Positions 28,808 to 37,013 of a stretch of 64,000 nt of DNA are shown here, in pieces. Source of the stretch: a virus; IMG/VR virus record IMGVR_UViG_3300046777_001793, positions 32,001 to 96,000 of that record. One strand, 5' to 3'. Under the pieces are notes generated by a model that searched no databases, was not told where the DNA came from, and was given only the letters and a program-made list of their open reading frames with translations. Position numbers and translations under genes: made by a program. Numbering within the stretch: position 1 is the stretch's first letter; the number at the start of each line of letters is the position of its first letter.

Positions 28808-28990
28808 ATGAAAAATTTTTCAGTAAGAGAAATGATTATCATACTAAATGTTGTGGTAATCATTGCATTAGCAGGTTCATTGACTGCTTTATGCATTACA
28901 ACTAATGTTGTGTTTGTGTACACCTTTGTGTGCACAGCACCAGTTGCTATGCTTTGTGTTTTAATACTTGATAAGTATGAGAAACAATAA
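28808..28990 (+). CDS. small two-TM membrane protein
   Basis: Start reassigned to MKNFSVREM; two hydrophobic segments. Confidence 0.55.
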   Translation: MKNFSVREMIIILNVVVIIALAGSLTALCITTNVVFVYTFVCTAPVAMLCVLILDKYEKQ

Positions 28991-29282
28991 TTTGAAAAGG
29001 GGAGCTTCCGTAGGGAAGTTCTACCTTTACACTATGGTTATTATAACCATAGTATTAATATTTATAATGAGTTCTTGTTCTAAAGGAACATACTATAAGT
29101 ATGCCTACATAGATTGTAGGAAACAAGATGTGGTTACAACTCATTTGATTCCAGTTAACCACACCTTATCTGATGCAGAGATTAACCAAAGACTCTCTGT
29201 ATATAGAGCTGAAAGAAACAGTTATGTCCTTATGGATACAATTGTATTGGAAACAGCTTCTACATTATTTATGTTAAAATAA
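28977..29282 (+). CDS. putative lipoprotein
   Basis: Hydrophobic helix ending in lipobox-like IMSSC. Confidence 0.55.
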   Translation: MRNNNLKRGASVGKFYLYTMVIITIVLIFIMSSCSKGTYYKYAYIDCRKQDVVTTHLIPVNHTLSDAEINQRLSVYRAERNSYVLMDTIVLETASTLFMLK

Positions 29283-29287
29283 TTATT

Positions 29288-29455
29288 ATGAAAAAGAAAA
29301 TAGAAAAGGCACTATTATATATAGTGTCAATCATACTAGTGCTTGTTGGATTAACAGGCACTATGTTACACAACCAACTAATTGGTTGTGTTAGTTTATT
29401 AATGTTCATTGCAGGAATAATTGCCTTTATAGGCACAATGAACAAGTATGAGTAA
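29288..29455 (+). CDS. small two-TM membrane protein (55 aa)
   Basis: MKKKIEKALLYIVSIILVLVGLTGTMLHNQLIGCVSLLMFIAGIIAFIGTMNKYE; below track cutoff. Confidence 0.6.
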   Translation: MKKKIEKALLYIVSIILVLVGLTGTMLHNQLIGCVSLLMFIAGIIAFIGTMNKYE

Positions 29456-29464
29456 GACATTCTT

Positions 29465-29497
29465 GACCACGCATTCTACTACGGTAGGTGTGTGGTC
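29465..29497 (+). terminator. hairpin closing the membrane-gene trio
   Basis: GACCAC...CTAC-TACG-GTAG...GTGGTC with a cUACGg loop; weak U-tract. Confidence 0.45.
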
Positions 29498-29527
29498 TTA
29501 CGCTTTAGGACAAACGTGTAACCTTTA

Positions 29528-30214
29528 ATTCTATATCAATTACCTTTGGTAATTTTCCCAGTGCGTTACATTCACACCCATTGATAGGCTACGCCTATCA
29601 TCACCCACATCAAAGACAAGGCACACCAACAAAGAGATTACTATCATCAGCACCCAATGTAACACAGCAATGCACCGGCCTTCGGCCTATGCCTATCGGC
29701 ATCAACAATGTAATGTAATCTTACATTCTATACCAATTACCTTCGGTAATTACTTATTACAAAAAGTCCTGTTGCTGATTAACTGAACAAATGATGTTTC
29801 AGCAACAGGCATTATGTCGTTGTAGGTGTATTATTATAACCTTCTGTTTGCAGTTTTAGAATAAAACTGTTGTTTGTATGTTAGGCCTAAACATTCACCA
29901 CCAATACCATTAAGCGTATTGGGTATTCTCATTCAAGCAGATTGTATAAAGCAATGTTAAAAGGGTTGCAACCTTATGAGAATACAACAACTATGGGGGA
30001 AAGTCCTTTAAGGATACCAATTATTACCGTCTAACATTTGGTAATAACGGTGCGTAAAGCCATAGCGTGAATTAGAGATAGCCCTGATTATAGGGTGTTT
30101 GAGAATGAGTGACCAAGGTTAGTGGTTAGAGCATTTGGCTAATTAAGTGTCAACGAGATAGACACTATTTTTTCCTCACAACCTTTCATTCTAAACCAAC
30201 TACCTTCGGTAGTT
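29528..30214 (+). promoter_or_regulatory. three copies of a conserved triloop-hairpin element (candidate virion-RNAP promoters)
   Basis: ATTCTAwAyC-AAyTACC-TTy-GGTArTT at 29528-29554, 29725-29751 and 30188-30214; compensatory base pair in copy 3. Confidence 0.6.
29760..30173 (+). ncRNA. candidate ~410 nt structured non-coding RNA
   Basis: No ORF of 60 aa or more; many perfect stems; starts after hairpin copy 2 and ends at a terminator (30146-30173). Confidence 0.5.
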
Positions 30215-30339
30215 CTTACGCTACGCGTCTTATGCTTTTGCATATATTCCTAAAATTTGGTTAGGGAATTAAAATAATTAACCAGCATTTATTAATTTTT
30301 AGAAACCTTGTGGTGTATAGGTCAACCCAATCTACGGTA

Positions 30340-31014
30340 ATGGAAACTTTAAACACATTAACCGCAAAAAAAGAGTTCATTAAAAACAATTTGGACAAAT
30401 TGTCTGATGAAACTCGCCCATCTGCATCTCAAATTAATGCTTTCAAGGCTGGTGACACAAACCACGTTGATGCTTTAGTAGAAGAGATTAACTCATTTGT
30501 TGCACCTGCAAATGATGTTATAGCAGATGAAACTGTTGAAAAAGTTGATACACTTGTGTATGAAACATTAACAACAGAATCAGGTGCAAGTGTTGAAGTT
30601 GTTTGGTTGCCATTCCTTAAATATGGAATGCGACAAGACAAACAAACACGCAAGGTTAGAACTAATTACCAATTTGGTTTTGGCTCTAACATAGTAACCA
30701 TTCAAAACTCTTTACTTGACCCAATCAAGAAGAGCATTGAAGTAGGTGCAATGTTCCCTATCAAGGTTGAAACTATTCAGCCTATTGTAGCAGAACGCAC
30801 TTATGGTTACGGTAAACAAGTATTCTCCGCAGGTATTGCTGAATTTGCTTGTGAGTTGTTGCTTGATGCACGTGCAGAGAAAATGGAAGAGTTGGAAGAA
30901 CTTTCTCAATTATCTGCGGAAGCACAAGAGATGGTTATTAAAGCAACCGCTTTAAGCCAAGCAGAGCAATACTTATTGAAGAAAGGTATTAAGTTACCTT
31001 CATCAATGAAATAG
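30340..31014 (+). CDS. hypothetical early protein
   Basis: ATG 30340 (METLNTL); stands alone between hairpin copy 3 and a hairpin at 31022-31042. Confidence 0.7.
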   Translation: METLNTLTAKKEFIKNNLDKLSDETRPSASQINAFKAGDTNHVDALVEEINSFVAPANDVIADETVEKVDTLVYETLTTESGASVEVVWLPFLKYGMRQDKQTRKVRTNYQFGFGSNIVTIQNSLLDPIKKSIEVGAMFPIKVETIQPIVAERTYGYGKQVFSAGIAEFACELLLDARAEKMEELEELSQLSAEAQEMVIKATALSQAEQYLLKKGIKLPSSMK

Positions 31015-31021
31015 AGATAAT

Positions 31022-31054
31022 GGAGTGGTGTAACAACCACTCCTAATCTTTTTT
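31022..31054 (+). terminator. intrinsic terminator
   Basis: GGAGTGGT-GTAACA-ACCACTCC followed by TAATCTTTTTT. Confidence 0.6.
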
Positions 31055-31285
31055 GTGGGAGCTCTTTGAAACCTCCGGTTTCAGCCGCAAGGCAACCTTC
31101 CCTGAAATTACAGGCTGATTGCGTGTGTAGCGTAACGTATGGATGTTTAAATTACCGTTCCCATAATATGCAGGGTGTGACAATAACACCCAGAAATTAC
31201 CGTTCCCATGCGTGTGTAGCAACGCTTTAAAGGATAAATTACTATCATCATAACACAGTATCACATTTAAAAAACCCTAGAAAAA

Positions 31286-31468
31286 ATGAACAATAACTTA
31301 ATGTTAACTGAAATAACACTCAACCCAAAAGAGTATTACCAGTTCAGATTACTAGCATTACAGCACAGAGTAATGTTCACAGTAGAGTGGACCAAACAAG
31401 GTGCATTAGTTTCTTGTGAAACTCCATTCCTAATTGCATTTGGTTACATCAATCAAGTAGAATTTTAA
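31286..31468 (+). CDS. hypothetical protein
   Basis: 60 aa ORF preceded by TTACTATCATCA and AACCCTA motifs. Confidence 0.55.
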   Translation: MNNNLMLTEITLNPKEYYQFRLLALQHRVMFTVEWTKQGALVSCETPFLIAFGYINQVEF

Positions 31469-31751
31469 TTAAATGACTATCAGCATTTTACATTTTGCCT
31501 TTTTACCTGTTTTCGCTTTTATATAGGCATTTTGTAATTTGCTGATTAATAACCGGTTAGTCTACTTGTTACACCGGTAAAACACAACAAAAATTACCAC
31601 TTTCAACTAAGAATTTAATTGATAACACACAAATTGTAGCAGATTGTGGTAAATTTTTTTGTGTAACGTGTTGATTTGTAAGTGTTTGGCGACCAGTCAC
31701 CCAAATCATCATATTTCATAAAACCCCTAAACCCTAAAAAATTTTAATAAT

Positions 31752-32087
31752 ATGGCAATAAGACAGTTTATTACAGGCTTCAAGACCTTTGTAGTATTGA
31801 CTACTTGTATGTTAGCAATGCAGAACTTATACACAACAATACAGTATGGTAGGCTTAATGCTTACTATGACTTTGATGTTATAGATTGGTCTTTAATGAC
31901 TATATGTGTTCTCTTTAACTTATCTATTAGTGTTATTGATGCTATAACAACCACAGAAACGTGTATAATACAAACAGATACAGACACTTTATCATATCTG
32001 GAGAAAACATTACCATTCATACCAGATGGAGATTTTAAACAAGAGATTACAGAGCATATAGAAAACATATATGTAGAGAAGTATTAA
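31752..32087 (+). CDS. two-TM membrane protein
   Basis: Two hydrophobic segments. Confidence 0.55.
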   Translation: MAIRQFITGFKTFVVLTTCMLAMQNLYTTIQYGRLNAYYDFDVIDWSLMTICVLFNLSISVIDAITTTETCIIQTDTDTLSYLEKTLPFIPDGDFKQEITEHIENIYVEKY

Positions 32088-32155
32088 GGGTGAAGCCGGA
32101 GATAATATCAATGGCTTTCATCATTATATGGCAATAAAAAATAAAAGACATTCCT

Positions 32156-32392
32156 ATGATTAAATTAACATTTATATGGTGGTTACTTACAGGAACAGTA
32201 ACACCAACAGGTGAACAACATGAAGGACATAAACTTTATCACGTTCTAGTAGATAAGAATACCGCAATTGAGAATGCCTATAAAGGTGAGATTCTTAATT
32301 ACATTAAGACAGGAACATTTGTGTACAATGATTTCTATGAATGGGAAGATGAAGACCAGATCATAGAAGAAACATTTTACACAAAAAATTAA
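32156..32392 (+). CDS. hypothetical protein
   Basis: 78 aa ORF with A-rich leader. Confidence 0.55.
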   Translation: MIKLTFIWWLLTGTVTPTGEQHEGHKLYHVLVDKNTAIENAYKGEILNYIKTGTFVYNDFYEWEDEDQIIEETFYTKN

Positions 32393-32399
32393 ATAACAT

Positions 32400-32690
32400 T
32401 CCACACTACTGGATTATGTTACAGCAGTAGTATATCAACGGTATCCTTAACAGGGCTTGGAGATGGGTTGTAACAATTAAGTCCACAAAGTAATACGTAA
32501 TTAGTCAACTCTATTATCTTTGTGGCATGAATGGTAGTCAGGCTGCTTACTATGTGCATTAAACTACAACGCAATAGTTTCACATAGTTCCTGATGATTT
32601 GCGTAGATTGACCCAAAGGCATGGGTTGTGTAAAAAATATGGCTATCAAGTGTCATACAATCTGAACAGGTGCTTCCTGTTATTTATAAA
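32400..32690 (+). ncRNA. candidate structured RNA
   Basis: Stems TGTTACAGC/GTTGTAACA, CCACAAAG/CTTTGTGG, TCAGG-ACTATGTG-AAACTA/TAGTTT-CACATAGT-CCTGA, GACCCA/TGGGTT, TATGGC/GTCATA, AACAGG/CCTGTT. Confidence 0.4.
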
Positions 32691-32700
32691 AAAGAATATT

Positions 32701-32784
32701 ATGAACAGATGTATTTATTGCAATGCAAAAATTATTGATGAAGCTGAACTATGTGATGAATGTAGTGTAGGTGAAAGTATTTAA
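32701..32784 (+). CDS. 27 aa zinc-ribbon peptide
   Basis: MNRCIYCNAKIIDEAELCDECSVGESI with A-rich leader. Confidence 0.45.
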   Translation: MNRCIYCNAKIIDEAELCDECSVGESI

Positions 32785-32789
32785 AATAT

Positions 32790-32879
32790 GGTGGTATGGC
32801 GGAATTGGTAGACGTATTAACTCTTTAAGATGATTTCAACAGGAGAAAAGATATACAGGTTCAAGTCCTGTTGCCACCT
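32790..32879 (+). tRNA. aberrant class II tRNA-like gene (Leu-type D arm, uncertain anticodon)
   Basis: Acceptor GGTGGTA/TGCCACC, D arm TGGCGGAATTGGTAGACG, T arm ACAGG-TTCAAGT-CCTGT; anticodon arm imperfect. Confidence 0.55.
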
Positions 32880-33011
32880 CATTTTCCCCTGCAATAAGTG
32901 GATCGGAGTGAATAATCAGGTAACAACTCCCCTCAAACGGTATGAGAGAATGTAAGGCTAAACAATAGTCTGATAACCGGAAAATAGTGACAGCCAGGAA
33001 AGACTGGTAAC

Positions 33012-33135
33012 TGGTTGGTAGCATACATGGTGTATGTATAGGTTCATAAAGTGTCGGTAGTCAAGACTGTGATTAAGCAATATAAGCATGAGAATAAAGC
33101 ACACCTATCACAGGTTCAAGTCCTGAACCAACCAC
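33012..33135 (+). tRNA. tRNA-like gene with an ~55 nt insertion in the anticodon loop
   Basis: Acceptor TGGTTGG/CCAACCA, D stem GCAT/ATGT, ATAGGT/ACCTAT stem, CAGG-TTCAAGT-CCTG T arm. Confidence 0.45.
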
Positions 33136-33364
33136 GAAGTTCGCTGGTTAATGGGAGAGATTGGTATCTTATCATCTCACGTGAATGGATTGTTTTAAAG
33201 GCAACAAATACTCACACCAACCTCTGCAACTTGAAACAAAACTGTACTGCTTTAGAAAGATAGCACCTGATAGGCTTTGACCTATGAAGATACCGGGAAA
33301 AATTTGATGAAGTATGTATGATGTCCGACAAGTTTGCCACAGGGTATGTTTTAGCAGGACAATT

Positions 33365-33427
33365 AACCGGTGATTAGATAAATATTTACTTGACATTCAT
33401 AAATATCTATCACCGGTTTCTTTTTTT
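33365..33427 (+). terminator. long hairpin terminator closing the RNA cluster
   Basis: AACCGGTGAT..GATA...TATC.ATCACCGGTT followed by TCTTTTTTT. Confidence 0.65.
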
Positions 33428-33450
33428 AGTAACCCCTTAATACATAATAA

Positions 33451-34074
33451 ATGAAGAATCTGTATGAGATTTTAGCTGTAGCAAAGGATGCAACAGCAGA
33501 ACAAATTAAAAAAGCTTACCGTAAGTTGGCAATGAAACATCACCCAGATAAGGGCGGTGATGACAAAACATTTCAAGAACTATCAAAGGCATATACCATA
33601 TTGTCTGATGAAGATAAGCGTAAACGCTATGATGAAACAGGACAAGTTGAAGAAGAACGTGATCCATTCAATGAGATACTTGCATCATTTATATCTGATT
33701 TGCAAGAACAAATGGATAGTCTTAATGATGACATCATTGAGAAAGGTAAAAAGAAAATCAAGAAAGAAATAAAAGAAATCAATCTTGCTCGCATACAAAC
33801 AGACAACAAGATTAAGTATCTCAATTTCTTTTTAAAGCGTATCAAAAAAGATACAGAGTCAAATGTCTTTAAGCTGGTAACAGAAAATAAAATTCAACAA
33901 CTTACTACTAAGCTTGAAGCTATAAATAAATCTATGGATATACTCAAACGTATGCAAGATATATTCAATGGAGATTTAGAGTATGACTTTAACTCTGAAG
34001 ATGAATACACATCATCAAAGGAAGAATACCCTGATGATGTATTTGAAACATTACACCAGAAACTTTTTAAATAA
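33451..34074 (+). CDS. J-domain (DnaJ-like) protein
   Basis: LYEILAV...IKKAYRKLAMKHHPDKGG...AYTILSD..KRKRYD. Confidence 0.9.
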   Translation: MKNLYEILAVAKDATAEQIKKAYRKLAMKHHPDKGGDDKTFQELSKAYTILSDEDKRKRYDETGQVEEERDPFNEILASFISDLQEQMDSLNDDIIEKGKKKIKKEIKEINLARIQTDNKIKYLNFFLKRIKKDTESNVFKLVTENKIQQLTTKLEAINKSMDILKRMQDIFNGDLEYDFNSEDEYTSSKEEYPDDVFETLHQKLFK

Positions 34075-34282
34075 TAACCCCTATGAAAACAGGAAAGAAA
34101 AAATCTATCAACGTGATAGAGTTAGGCAAACATGTAGCATGTCTTGCATCAAGTATTAACACAGAGATAAGCAAACAAACTTATTTCAAAATCACACCAA
34201 TGTTTTATCATAAGTCTGGTAGTGAGTTGCGTTTAGAGCAACAACAAAGAACAAAGTTATTAACCCTTTCAAATTATTAATT

Positions 34283-34576
34283 ATGAGCACAGGAGCATGC
34301 TTTAACATGAGAGGTAATTTATGTACAGTTAACTCTTTTGATGACCGTATGAAATACAAAGACTCTCCATACAAACCAGATAATGCAGAAATGTTATTCA
34401 TATCTGAACAACCAGTAATAAACCATGAAAAAGTTGAAGATATTGATAACCCTGATAAATATGAATGGTATGAAATAGGTGGTGAAAAATATGGGCGTAC
34501 CATGTATTGTCCTAAATCTAACATAAGAAGAACACTAACATTTGCAGAGTTCTATCAGTCATCAACAGTAGATTAA
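34283..34576 (+). CDS. hypothetical protein
   Basis: ORF in packed plus-strand array. Confidence 0.5.
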   Translation: MSTGACFNMRGNLCTVNSFDDRMKYKDSPYKPDNAEMLFISEQPVINHEKVEDIDNPDKYEWYEIGGEKYGRTMYCPKSNIRRTLTFAEFYQSSTVD

Positions 34577-34577
34577 A

Positions 34578-35192
34578 ATGGGAACAAGTAATTTTCATTC
34601 AGTAAATGCTCATAACACATACGCCATATTTATGAGTTATGAGCAACCTAAATTAGATGATGAAGGTAAAGAAATAGTAGGAGAAACTGAAACGGTTTCT
34701 CCTGAATCTTGGGAGTGTGATGATTTTATAGCTGAATTAAAAATATCAGCAGAAAAACTAGCTATAGAAAATAATGTGAAGTATTATAAATCTGTAGAGA
34801 AATCAGATCCTCATGAACTACATTCATTCCCATCAACAGAACTATTTCAACTATACACCCAAAAAACTTTTGGTGATATAGAAGTTCAAGTAAACATTAA
34901 TTGTGTAATTCGTTCAGGATACTATGAAGGTGCGTGTCTTGATTGGTACATAACAGCATCTTATGCCAATGAAGTTTATTACATAAAAGATATAGACTAT
35001 ACAATTGATGAGTATATGTCTAATATGAATGCAGGCTTACGCACAATCATTGCACGTAAAGCACAAGCATGGGTAGAAAAATCTAAAGATATGCTAGTCA
35101 ATATTATAGAAGAGTTTTATAAAATCAATTCAACTCCTCTTATGGTAACAGCACGTTTTAGTAACGGAGAAACAGTCTATCAAAAAATATAG
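34578..35192 (+). CDS. hypothetical phage protein
   Basis: MGTSNF, RSGYYEGA and ARFSNGETVY motifs. Confidence 0.6.
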   Translation: MGTSNFHSVNAHNTYAIFMSYEQPKLDDEGKEIVGETETVSPESWECDDFIAELKISAEKLAIENNVKYYKSVEKSDPHELHSFPSTELFQLYTQKTFGDIEVQVNINCVIRSGYYEGACLDWYITASYANEVYYIKDIDYTIDEYMSNMNAGLRTIIARKAQAWVEKSKDMLVNIIEEFYKINSTPLMVTARFSNGETVYQKI

Positions 35193-35254
35193 TATATTTA
35201 CTATCATCATCAATCAGTAAACAATAAATAGTTAATAATCAAAAATCAAAAACA

Positions 35255-35590
35255 ATGAACAAGTTAATCAACAAGTTATCAGCTGGAGAAGCTGTAATCA
35301 GAAACCAAAGAGCACAAATTGTAGCAGAAGACATTCAATCAGAGATTGAGTCATTAATTGTGAATTTGGAAAAGAAAAAGCGTGAAGTAATCAAAAACAA
35401 GTTATCTCATACAGATATAGGTCCAAATGAAACTACATCATTAAGAGTAGTTGATGAGAACTTTAATGCATCACAATGGGTTGCTACATTACATACAATT
35501 GAAAAAGAATTGTTGAATGTAGAGATTGAGTTGGAAATTGCTAACCGTATCAAAAAGGAATGGTTAGAAGAATCTGAAAGCAATGACTAG
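35255..35590 (+). CDS. coiled-coil protein
   Basis: ORF after a TTACTATCATCA motif. Confidence 0.6.
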   Translation: MNKLINKLSAGEAVIRNQRAQIVAEDIQSEIESLIVNLEKKKREVIKNKLSHTDIGPNETTSLRVVDENFNASQWVATLHTIEKELLNVEIELEIANRIKKEWLEESESND

Positions 35591-36056
35591 TGTATATCTA
35601 TCAAGTAGTAAACATTCAAACCCACAAGAGTTTAGTTATGTTTACGCAGCATTAAACAATATGCTTACTTGCCCTATCAAAACTTATGAAGGTGGTACGT
35701 TTGATAAGACAGCACCAGATGATTCAGACTATTTAATCATTATACCACCTGTTAATGCAGGTAGTGATAAAGAGTCAATATATTTAGGCAGAGGGCAATA
35801 TGATATGGTAGATAGAGCATTAGATAATAATCAAAAGGCTATCATATTTTTCAATAAACAATTCTATTTTATTCAAGAAGTAGAATACATGGGAGATGAT
35901 TGGCAAAAGTCTTATGGTATAGCATTTACCAATGAAGAGCATTGTCCATTAAATAGTGTATTTCTTCAGAAGAAAAAAGAAATAATAGTCACTAGCTCTA
36001 GCAATATCACATTGCTTCCAGCATACATATTATTTCCAAATAGATATTCCAAATAA
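35583..36056 (+). CDS. hypothetical protein, possible TIR/nucleoside deoxyribosyltransferase-like Rossmann fold
   Basis: VYLSSS...DSDYLIIIPP...GRGQYDMVDRAL...KAIIF pattern. Confidence 0.35.
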   Translation: MTSVYLSSSKHSNPQEFSYVYAALNNMLTCPIKTYEGGTFDKTAPDDSDYLIIIPPVNAGSDKESIYLGRGQYDMVDRALDNNQKAIIFFNKQFYFIQEVEYMGDDWQKSYGIAFTNEEHCPLNSVFLQKKKEIIVTSSSNITLLPAYILFPNRYSK

Positions 36057-36060
36057 TACA

Positions 36061-36089
36061 AAGCCTGATTAAGTTCAGGCTTTTTTTTT
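36061..36089 (+). terminator. intrinsic terminator
   Basis: AAGCCTGA-TTAAGT-TCAGGCTT plus T-run. Confidence 0.75.
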
Positions 36090-36113
36090 GTTAACCCTAA
36101 AAAATTAAAAGTC

Positions 36114-36611
36114 ATGAGTGTTATCTCAAAAACAAGAGCACAGGAAATTGCTCAAGATGTATTTAAAAAATCTATCATTGCAAACAATGCAACAAGAGAT
36201 GAAATACGTGAAGATTTGTACAAAGAGTATATGAAAACTTTTTCAGAAGAAATACAAAAGTTTCATGAAAATAATAAAAGTTGTTTTGCAAATGTAAATT
36301 TAGCTTTACATGATCATAGTAGTTGTAGTGTATATAGGCCAATTCCTTGTAAAAACAATAGCACATATACAAGACATCATTGTGATGACCTTAACAGACG
36401 TTGGGTAAAATATGATGCAAAGAAAAGAGAAATTGAAAAAGCATACAAAGACTTGGAGTTGCATTTGATTACATTACGTTCAAAGAAACGTATTCTTGAA
36501 GCATACCCTGAATTTGATAAGTATTTTGCACATGAAACAAGAACACTTGTAAATCTTCCTGCTGTGCAAGTGGATAAGATGCGTGAGTTAATTGCTAATC
36601 AACCAATCTAA
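36114..36611 (+). CDS. Nmad5-like protein
   Basis: C-terminal L..LRS.KRILEAYPEF..YF...NLPAV pattern. Confidence 0.45.
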   Translation: MSVISKTRAQEIAQDVFKKSIIANNATRDEIREDLYKEYMKTFSEEIQKFHENNKSCFANVNLALHDHSSCSVYRPIPCKNNSTYTRHHCDDLNRRWVKYDAKKREIEKAYKDLELHLITLRSKKRILEAYPEFDKYFAHETRTLVNLPAVQVDKMRELIANQPI

Positions 36612-36835
36612 TGGCAAAAATAGACTATGACAAGCACATCTGGGAAGGATGGCGTGTCAGAGATTTTGTTCAAGAGTTAACCCCTGTGTTTAATCAAATA
36701 CAACAGGGGTGTTCTTGGATGAAACCTTTTCAAACAAAAGAGGAATTAAAAGCTTGGTGTAAAGACAATCAACCACACTATAAGAAACATATTCCTGGAG
36801 TATATAATCATTTCCTTAACCTTTCAAAGCTATAG
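36611..36835 (+). CDS. hypothetical phage protein
   Basis: HIWEGWRV...WCKDNQPHYKK. Confidence 0.6.
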   Translation: MAKIDYDKHIWEGWRVRDFVQELTPVFNQIQQGCSWMKPFQTKEELKAWCKDNQPHYKKHIPGVYNHFLNLSKL

Positions 36836-37013
36836 CAATGTACAATAGAGCATTAAAATTTAGAAAAGAATTTCTAACAAAACATCCTGAACTTGAAGAA
36901 CAAGTTGATGATCATTTACAACTAATGTTTGATGGAGTAGATGAAGGGGGTAGTATTCAAAATGAAACGGATCAGTTTATTACAGCGTGTGAACAACTAT
37001 TAATGGATTCAGA

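Noticed and set aside
29735-29751. Reading CTTCGG as an RNA cUUCGg tetraloop terminator
   Set aside because: That register breaks the stem; the perfect pairing leaves a 3-nt loop and there is no U-tract
28283-31250. CRISPR or mini-CRISPR array
   Set aside because: Repeats are short or irregularly spaced (gaps of 7-19 nt, or 170-440 nt) with no uniform spacers and no cas operon
31478-31547. ATCAGCA..TTACA / TGTAA..TGCTGAT inverted repeat as an integrase attachment site
   Set aside because: No recombinase in the window; equally explained as a terminator-like hairpin
33265-33300. Hammerhead-like CTGA...GAA
   Set aside because: Core CUGANGA and GAAA with stems I and III could not be assembled
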